Source: a virus. From it: a DNA stretch of 36,401 bases. The stretch lies in the IMG/VR virus record IMGVR_UViG_3300022658_000006; one strand, 5' to 3'. The notes under the pieces are model-generated. The model was not told where the DNA came from, searched no databases, and worked only from the letters and a program-made list of their open reading frames with translations. Both the position numbers and the translations under genes were made by a program. Shown in pieces: positions 31,174 to 36,401 of the stretch (positions are counted from its first letter, which is position 1; each line of letters begins with the position of its first letter).

Positions 31174-31721
31174 TTGTCATCAGCCGTGTCCATGCAATCA
31201 GTCAAGGACTGCCGCGATACTTTACGGGTAAACCCTGTAAGGAAGGGCACGTTGCTGAAAGATTTGTTGCCAATTACACATGCTGTGTTTGTGCAGACAG
31301 TGCGTTCAAAAAATGGTACTCGGGCCATTCCGACACGCACTTGCGTAGAGTAAACGATTGGCGCAATCGAAACTTTCAGACGGTAAACCGCAGTCGTCAA
31401 AAATGGGCTTCTGACAACCCTGACAAAGTGCGCAATGCGTCAAAAAACTGGAAACGCGCCAACCCCGCAAAAGTTGCACAACACGCCAGCAGCCGCCGTG
31501 CATCACAAGACACCAGAATGCCGAGTTGGCTTACGGCCGCCGATCACTTAGAATTCGACTCGGTGTACAAGTACTGCGCAGGTCTGCGGGCCGCTGGCTT
31601 GGACTACCACGTTGACCACATTGTCCCTTTGCGGGGAAAATCTGTATCTGGGCTGCACGTTCCATAGAATTTGCAGGTGATACCTGCTGTTAAGAACATG
31701 AGCAAAGGAAACCGATTCTAA
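31170..31721 (+). pseudogene. HNH endonuclease interrupted by one in-frame TAG (31665-31667)
   Basis: LPRYFTGKPCKEGHVAERFV...CCVC...[44 protein letters not shown]. The post-stop codons complete the HNH motif. The TAA (31719-31721) forms a TAATG overlap with the portal ATG. Confidence 0.75.
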
Positions 31722-33901
31722 TGAAAGACACCACCGGAATCGTGGCCGCAGCGAATGTGGCAAAAAACGGCCCGTACCCGTCAAAAGGCGGTTCCGAGGA
31801 CATCCTGACTGTCGCCCGTTCACGCATGACAATGGCGATCTCGGCCTTCTCCGAGACACGCGAGAGTGAACTTGACGACCTGCGGTTCTACGCAGGTTCC
31901 CCGGACAACCAGTGGCAGTGGCCCGCTGACGTGCTCCAGACCCGTGGCGCGGTCCAAGGTCAGACCATCAACGCCCGCCCCTGCCTGACCATCAACAAGC
32001 TGCCTCAGCACGTCAAGCAGATCACCAACGAGCAGCGGATGAACCGCCCCGGCATCAAGGTGATCCCGGCCGACGACAAAGGCGATGTCGAGGTGGCCGA
32101 GGTCTACAACGGCGTGATCCGTCACATCGAGTACATCTCTGATGCTGATGTGGCCTACGACACCGCCTGCGAGAACCAAGTCTCCTACGGTGAAGGCTAC
32201 ATCCGCATCCTGACCGAATACTGCGACGAAGACACGTTCGATCAGGACATCAAGATCGGGCGCATCCGCAACAGCTTCTCGGTCTACATGGACCCCCTGA
32301 TTCAAGACCCAACCGGCTCTGACGCCCGTTGGTGCTTCATCACGGAAGACCTGACCAAAGCCGAGTACGAGCGTCTGTACCCCAACGCCGCGCCCATCAA
32401 CACCCTGATGTCGCTGGGCGTGGGTGACCAGTCCATCAGCCAGTGGATCAGCGAGAACACGGTCCGCATCGCCGAGTATTTCTACATCGAGTACGAAAAG
32501 GCCACGCTGAACCTGTACCCCGGCAACGTGACCGCTTTTGACGGCACTCCCGAGGACAAGTCGCTGCGGGCTATGTTCGGCAAGCCCCTGCGCCAGCGTC
32601 CCTCTGACCGCAAAAAGGTCAAGTGGTGCAAGATTAACGGCTACGAAATCCTCGAAGAACGTGACTGGGCTGGCTCCCACATCCCCGTGGTGCGCGTGGT
32701 CGGCAACGAGTTCGAGGTCGATGGCCGGGTCTACGTGAGCGGTCTGGTGCGCAATGCCAAAGACGCGCAGCGCATGTACAACTACTGGGTGTCGCAGGAA
32801 GCTGAGATGCTGGCGCTGGCCCCCAAAGCCCCGTTCATCGGCTACGGCGGTCAGTTCGAGGGCTACGAGCAGCAGTGGAAGACGGCCAACACCCAGAACT
32901 GGCCGTATCTGGAGGTCAATCCTGACGTTACAAACGGTCAAGGCGCTGTCCTGCCACTACCCCAGCGGGCACAGCCTCCGATGGCCTCCAGCGGCCTGCT
33001 GCAAGCCAAGGCGGGTGCTTCTGAGGACATCAAGTCGGCCACCGGTCAGTACAACGCTTCGCTGGGCATGTCCAGCAACGAGCGTTCTGGCAAGGCCATC
33101 CTTGCGCGTCAGCGCGAAGGTGACGTAGGAACCTATCACTATGTGGATAATCTGGCCCGCGCTATTCGCCATGTCGGTCGTCAGTTGGTGGACCTGATCC
33201 CCAAGATTTACGACACCGAGCGGATCGCCCGCATCATTGGCGAAGACGGCGAACCATCGACCGTCAAGATGAACCCGATGCAAGAGGAACCGGTCAAGAA
33301 GATCGTGAACCAAGAAGGCATCGTCATCGACAAAATCTACAACCCGTCTGTCGGCAAGTACGATGTGCGCGTCATCACTGGCCCCGGCTACGCCACCAAG
33401 CGTCAGGAGGCTCTGGAGTCGATGGCCCAACTGCTTCAGGGCAACCCGCAGCTTTGGAGTGTGGCTGGCGACCTGTTTGTCAAGAACATGGACTGGCCCG
33501 GTGCCCAAGACCTCGCCAAGCGGTTCCAGAAGACTCTGGACCCCAAGGTGCTGGCCGACGAGGACAATCCGGCTTTGGTTGCTGCCAATCAGCAGATGCA
33601 AGCCATGCAGGCCGAAATGCAGAACATGTCCGACATGCTGCAAAACGTCCAGAAGTCGATGGAGGAGCGCGAACTCGCCATCAAGGAGTACGAGGCCGAG
33701 GTCAAGGCATATCAGGCCGAAACACAGCGCATCAGCGCCGTGCAGGCCAGCATGACCCCCGAGCAGATTCAGGACATCGTGATGGGCACCATCGCAGCCG
33801 CTGTGGACACCGGCGATCTGGTTGCCGGTGCGCCCGAGATGCGTGAAGTACCGGAGATGGGCGAGATGCCCGAGCAAGGAGAAATGAATGAAATGCGCTG
33901 A
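31721..33901 (+). CDS. Portal protein, P22-like with C-terminal helical barrel
   Basis: 726 aa (P22 gp1 is 725 aa, from memory). Long C-terminal coiled coil (QQMQAMQAEMQNMSDMLQNVQKSMEERELAIKEYEAEVKAYQAE). Located after terL. Confidence 0.85.
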   Translation: MKDTTGIVAAANVAKNGPYPSKGGSEDILTVARSRMTMAISAFSETRESELDDLRFYAGSPDNQWQWPADVLQTRGAVQGQTINARPCLTINKLPQHVKQITNEQRMNRPGIKVIPADDKGDVEVAEVYNGVIRHIEYISDADVAYDTACENQVSYGEGYIRILTEYCDEDTFDQDIKIGRIRNSFSVYMDPLIQDPTGSDARWCFITEDLTKAEYERLYPNAAPINTLMSLGVGDQSISQWISENTVRIAEYFYIEYEKATLNLYPGNVTAFDGTPEDKSLRAMFGKPLRQRPSDRKKVKWCKINGYEILEERDWAGSHIPVVRVVGNEFEVDGRVYVSGLVRNAKDAQRMYNYWVSQEAEMLALAPKAPFIGYGGQFEGYEQQWKTANTQNWPYLEVNPDVTNGQGAVLPLPQRAQPPMASSGLLQAKAGASEDIKSATGQYNASLGMSSNERSGKAILARQREGDVGTYHYVDNLARAIRHVGRQLVDLIPKIYDTERIARIIGEDGEPSTVKMNPMQEEPVKKIVNQEGIVIDKIYNPSVGKYDVRVITGPGYATKRQEALESMAQLLQGNPQLWSVAGDLFVKNMDWPGAQDLAKRFQKTLDPKVLADEDNPALVAANQQMQAMQAEMQNMSDMLQNVQKSMEERELAIKEYEAEVKAYQAETQRISAVQASMTPEQIQDIVMGTIAAAVDTGDLVAGAPEMREVPEMGEMPEQGEMNEMR

Positions 33902-34250
33902 TTTCGTGGGCACGTTGTTTCTGGCACGGGATGTTGCGCATTCCGTGCATCTGAACACCCGCAGCTTTGCCAAGCACTCGGCCCTGAACGAGTTCTACGA
34001 CGAGATCGTGGAGTTGGCCGACAAGTTCGCCGAGGCGTATCAAGGTCGCCACGGTCTAATCGGCCCGATCAGCCTGATGTCGGCCAAGAAAACGACCAAT
34101 ATCGTTGAATTTCTTGAAGATTCGCTGGGCGACATTGAGAAAATGCGCTACGAAGTAGTCGAAAAAACCGACACCGCGCTTCAGAACATCATTGACGAAA
34201 TCGTGGGCCTTTACCTGTCCACCCTGTACAAGCTAAAATTCCTCGCATAA
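33888..34250 (+). CDS. Four-helix-bundle (Dps/ferritin-like, DUF5856-type) protein, putative
   Basis: AAGGAG 6 nt upstream of the ATG. FLARDVAHSVHLNTRSFAKHSALNEFYDEIVELADKFAE is a helical pattern seen in phage Dps-like proteins. Confidence 0.5.
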   Translation: MKCADFVGTLFLARDVAHSVHLNTRSFAKHSALNEFYDEIVELADKFAEAYQGRHGLIGPISLMSAKKTTNIVEFLEDSLGDIEKMRYEVVEKTDTALQNIIDEIVGLYLSTLYKLKFLA

Positions 34251-34259
34251 GGAGCCAAC

Positions 34260-34562
34260 ATGGAACTCTTGAACCCCCTGTCCAAAGCGGACTTTCCCGC
34301 CCAGTCTGTCTCGTACACGGGCACTGCTGGCTCCACGACCGGCTGGAACGCTGGTCCCGAAGGCGTGATGGTCTGGTCCGACCAGCCTTGTTACGTTGAA
34401 GTGGGTACCGGTGCTGTGGCAACGACTGCCAGCACCCCAATCCCTGCATTCACCCCGATCCCGTTCAAAGTGCCAATCGGCACGTCTGCCATCTGGCGTG
34501 TGAGCGCGGTTCAAGTGTCCGCTGGCGGCACCGTGTACGCCAAACCCATCAACACGAAATGA
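34260..34562 (+). CDS. Hypothetical virion protein (100 aa)
   Basis: AAGGAG RBS. Beta-rich T/S/V/G composition. Confidence 0.55.
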   Translation: MELLNPLSKADFPAQSVSYTGTAGSTTGWNAGPEGVMVWSDQPCYVEVGTGAVATTASTPIPAFTPIPFKVPIGTSAIWRVSAVQVSAGGTVYAKPINTK

Positions 34563-34717
34563 GCTTCCTCGCCGCCCGTAACGCAGTGGCTATCGGCATC
34601 GGTGGCATCATTTCGCTTTTTGGTGGCCGCGCTTCTGAGCAGGCTCAGGGCAATCTTCTCTGTGAAAACGGAGACAACCTCGTCCAAGAGGACGGTGGCC
34701 TCATCTTGTTGGAGTAA
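34559..34717 (+). CDS. Small protein (52 aa) preceding the fibre genes
   Basis: ATGA overlap with the upstream stop. MSFLAARNAVAIGIGGIISLFGG...NLLCENGDNLVQEDGGLILLE, a motif often found just before phage fibre genes. It is below the track size cutoff. Confidence 0.45.
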   Translation: MSFLAARNAVAIGIGGIISLFGGRASEQAQGNLLCENGDNLVQEDGGLILLE

Positions 34718-34721
34718 CACA

Positions 34722-35224
34722 ATGCCTGCGGTATCTCTTTCAATTTTTGGCGGCGTTGGTGCTCAATTTTTTGACAACAACGGCGTCATTTTGTCGGGTG
34801 GCAAGATTTACACCTACGAAGCCGGTACGACCACGCCACTGGCTACGTACACATCAAGCACCGGTAACACAGCACACACGAACCCTATTGTGCTGGATGC
34901 TGCTGGTCGAGTGTCTGCTGGCGGTGAAATCTGGAATGGGTTGCAACTGTACAAGTTTGTCCTGAAAACAAGCACAGACGTGACGCTTGCAACTTACGAC
35001 AATGTTGGCAGCAGCTTCAACGCTACTGCAATTATTGCCAACTTTACTGGCAACGGTTCTACTGTTGCGTTTACGTTAGCAAGTGCACCGGCTGGCGAAA
35101 ATGCAACCAACGTGTACATCAACGGGGTGTACCAACAAAAAACACATATAGCATTGCTGGTGCTGTTCTTACCTTCTCAGAAGCACCCCCGGCTACTTCG
35201 TCAATCGAAGTGAATTACGTCTAA
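34722..35224 (+). CDS. Tail-fibre N-terminal/adaptor-type protein; the conserved end requires a -1 shift at A6 (35137-35142)
   Basis: FFDNNGVILSGGKIYTYEAGTTTPLATY...NPIVLDAAGR is a typical fibre N-terminus. Frame 0 gives ...INGVYQQKTHIALLVLFLPSQKHPRLLRQSK (stop at 35213). The -1 frame gives ...QQKNTYSIAGAVLTFSEAPPATSSIEVNYV (stop at 35224), which looks native. Confidence 0.7.
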
Positions 35225-35233
35225 GAAATCATT

Positions 35234-35782
35234 ATGGCAGACTTGAAAATTTCACAACTGTCTTCGGCCACCGCACTTGCCGGAACTGAAGTTGTACCTG
35301 TTGTTCAAGGTGGCTCCACCAAAAAAGCAACAGTTGCTCAAATCCTGTCACCTGCTGCTGGAGGCGGTGTTAACTATGCGGCCAACACTTCTGCGGCGGG
35401 CATGACGAGTCAGTTGCTGAACTGGTATGAGGAAGGGACGTTTACGGCAACATTGACCGCAACAACTACCGGTCCAATAACGCCAATTACCGCAACTGCG
35501 AATTATGTACGAATCGGCAAGACCGTGGCTGTTTGCGTGAGTTTTTTGAACGTTGACACAACTGGCGCATTGGGTACTACAAAAATTACCGGATTACCGT
35601 TTACTCCTTCTGCCATCGCTCAACTTTCTACAACGTCAAATATTGCATCTACGCCGACAATCGCTCAAATTGGAACAGGTCAGCCTTGGATGGAATTGAC
35701 CTCCATCCAAACCGCCGCTGGAGCAGCAATTACGGCAAGTGCGGGTCGTTATTTGTTTATTTCTGGCACATATTTTGTTTAA
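35234..35782 (+). CDS. Tail-fibre-like protein (182 aa)
   Basis: MADLKISQLSSATALAGTEVVPVVQGGSTKKATVAQIL is a recurrent fibre N-terminal motif. The remainder is T/A/S-rich and beta-type. Confidence 0.6.
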   Translation: MADLKISQLSSATALAGTEVVPVVQGGSTKKATVAQILSPAAGGGVNYAANTSAAGMTSQLLNWYEEGTFTATLTATTTGPITPITATANYVRIGKTVAVCVSFLNVDTTGALGTTKITGLPFTPSAIAQLSTTSNIASTPTIAQIGTGQPWMELTSIQTAAGAAITASAGRYLFISGTYFV

Positions 35783-35794
35783 GGTGCTGTAACC

Positions 35795-36401
35795 ATGTCA
35801 CTCACAAAAGTTACAAATTCAATGATTCAAGGCGCTCCAATTAGCGTCATGGATTTTGGTGCAAAAGGTGACGGTGTTACGGATGACACCGCAGCAATTC
35901 AAGCGGCGTTTACGTACTTCAGCACGCAAATGTACGGCGGCTCGATGGTTTTCCCAAAAGGAAATTACATCACCAAAAGTCAAATTGTATTCACCGATGT
36001 TTATTGGAAAACCATCATATTTGAAGGTGCGTTAATTTGTGGACAGTCTGATTCTGCATCTTACGATGCAGTATTCAAAATTGTCAACGCCCAAAATACA
36101 AAATTTGTTGGTTCTTGGACTGTGACGGCAGATTCGTCTGCGTTTGGTTCTGTAAATGATCCAAACAAATATGACTGCGCATTTTCAATTCAAGCTGCCC
36201 CCGGTGGAGCAATTAAGCCTGTAAACGGCATTGTCAACTTTGTGGATGTTTACGGTTTAACTGTTACCAAAGTTAAACGAGGCGTCACGATTGGCGCCTA
36301 TGATTCAGACGCTCAAGTGGCAGAACTGGTGTTTCATGGGCTGATGACTCCGTTTTGTCCAAACCCTGTGTATTCTGGTGGTTCTCAAACGGTCACGACA
36401 T
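35795..36401 (+). CDS. Tailspike/depolymerase, 5' part (pectate-lyase-type beta-helix); continues at base 56 via the junction
   Basis: AAGGTG RBS. ISVMDFGAKGDGVTDDTAAIQAAF is the hallmark N-terminal motif of pectate-lyase-3 / tailspike beta-helices. I translated it by hand to the window end and found no stop. It is absent from the ORF track because it has no stop inside the window. Confidence 0.8.
   Translation, partial: MSLTKVTNSMIQGAPISVMDFGAKGDGVTDDTAAIQAAFTYFSTQMYGGSMVFPKGNYITKSQIVFTDVYWKTIIFEGALICGQSDSASYDAVFKIVNAQNTKFVGSWTVTADSSAFGSVNDPNKYDCAFSIQAAPGGAIKPVNGIVNFVDVYGLTVTKVKRGVTIGAYDSDAQVAELVFHGLMTPFCPNPVYSGGSQTVTT
36347..36401. repeat. 55-nt exact copy of bases 1-55 (circular junction / assembly overlap)
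   Basis: ACTCCGTTTTGTCCAAACCCTGTGTATTCTGGTGGTTCTCAAACGGTCACGACAT is present at both window ends. Confidence 0.95.

Noticed and set aside
34602-34721. Track start at 34602 for the fibre adaptor gene
   Set aside because: The extension overlaps the 52-aa ORF in another frame and encodes R/S/L-rich junk. The conserved fibre N-terminus begins at ATG 34722.
1-36401. Lysogeny module, tRNAs, DGR/retron elements and phage RNA polymerase
   Set aside because: No tyrosine- or serine-recombinase-like ORF, CI/Cro pair, reverse-transcriptase motifs (YxDD), cloverleaf-like sequence or single-subunit RNAP-sized ORF was found on either strand. Absence is judged by eye only.

Overview
The window is a complete, circularly closed (or terminally redundant) dsDNA phage genome of about 36.35 kb. 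Bases 1-55 recur exactly at 36347-36401, and a tailspike gene reads through that junction.

The morphogenesis genes are P22-like, so a short-tailed podovirus is expected. They include TerS, TerL, a 726-aa portal with a long C-terminal helix, scaffold, a P22-type coat protein, gp4- and gp10-like tail adaptor and hub, and three ejection-protein-sized genes.

Layout:
- A long + strand late arm runs 28298 -> junction -> 12936 (packaging, portal, receptor-binding cassette, head, tail, ejection, lysis).
- A - strand replication arm runs 22459 -> 12915. It carries an RHH regulator, DUF2800-type nuclease, DUF2815-type SSB, DNA polymerase, DUF3310, VRR-NUC, SNF2 helicase, MazG and a wHTH protein. Two free-standing homing-endonuclease-like genes interrupt it.
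- A + strand primase-polymerase/helicase gene lies at 22640-25138.
- A - strand early accessory arm runs 27757 -> 25184. It encodes small acidic, membrane and DNA-binding proteins of unknown function.

I saw no integrase, CI-type repressor, phage RNA polymerase, tRNA, CRISPR array or reverse transcriptase. Several near-consensus sigma70 promoters suggest dependence on host RNAP.

Most unusual observations:
- A 477-bp non-coding control region (27821-28297) holds direct repeats, a perfect 16-bp palindrome and a G-run tract.
- A palindromic 10/11-mer (ACCCACTGGGT) is over-represented there and in the early arm, and one copy sits exactly inside a promoter spacer.
- Back-to-back overlapping divergent promoters lie next to the RHH gene.
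- An HNH gene next to the portal is interrupted by one in-frame TAG.
- A tail-fibre gene has a conserved C-terminus reachable only by a -1 shift at an A6 run.
- An ORF behind the capsid gene has no usable start.

I could not assign anything to a known defence or anti-defence family. The early accessory arm and its operator-like motif are my best candidates for undescribed biology. All homology statements come from motif recognition by eye, not from searches.
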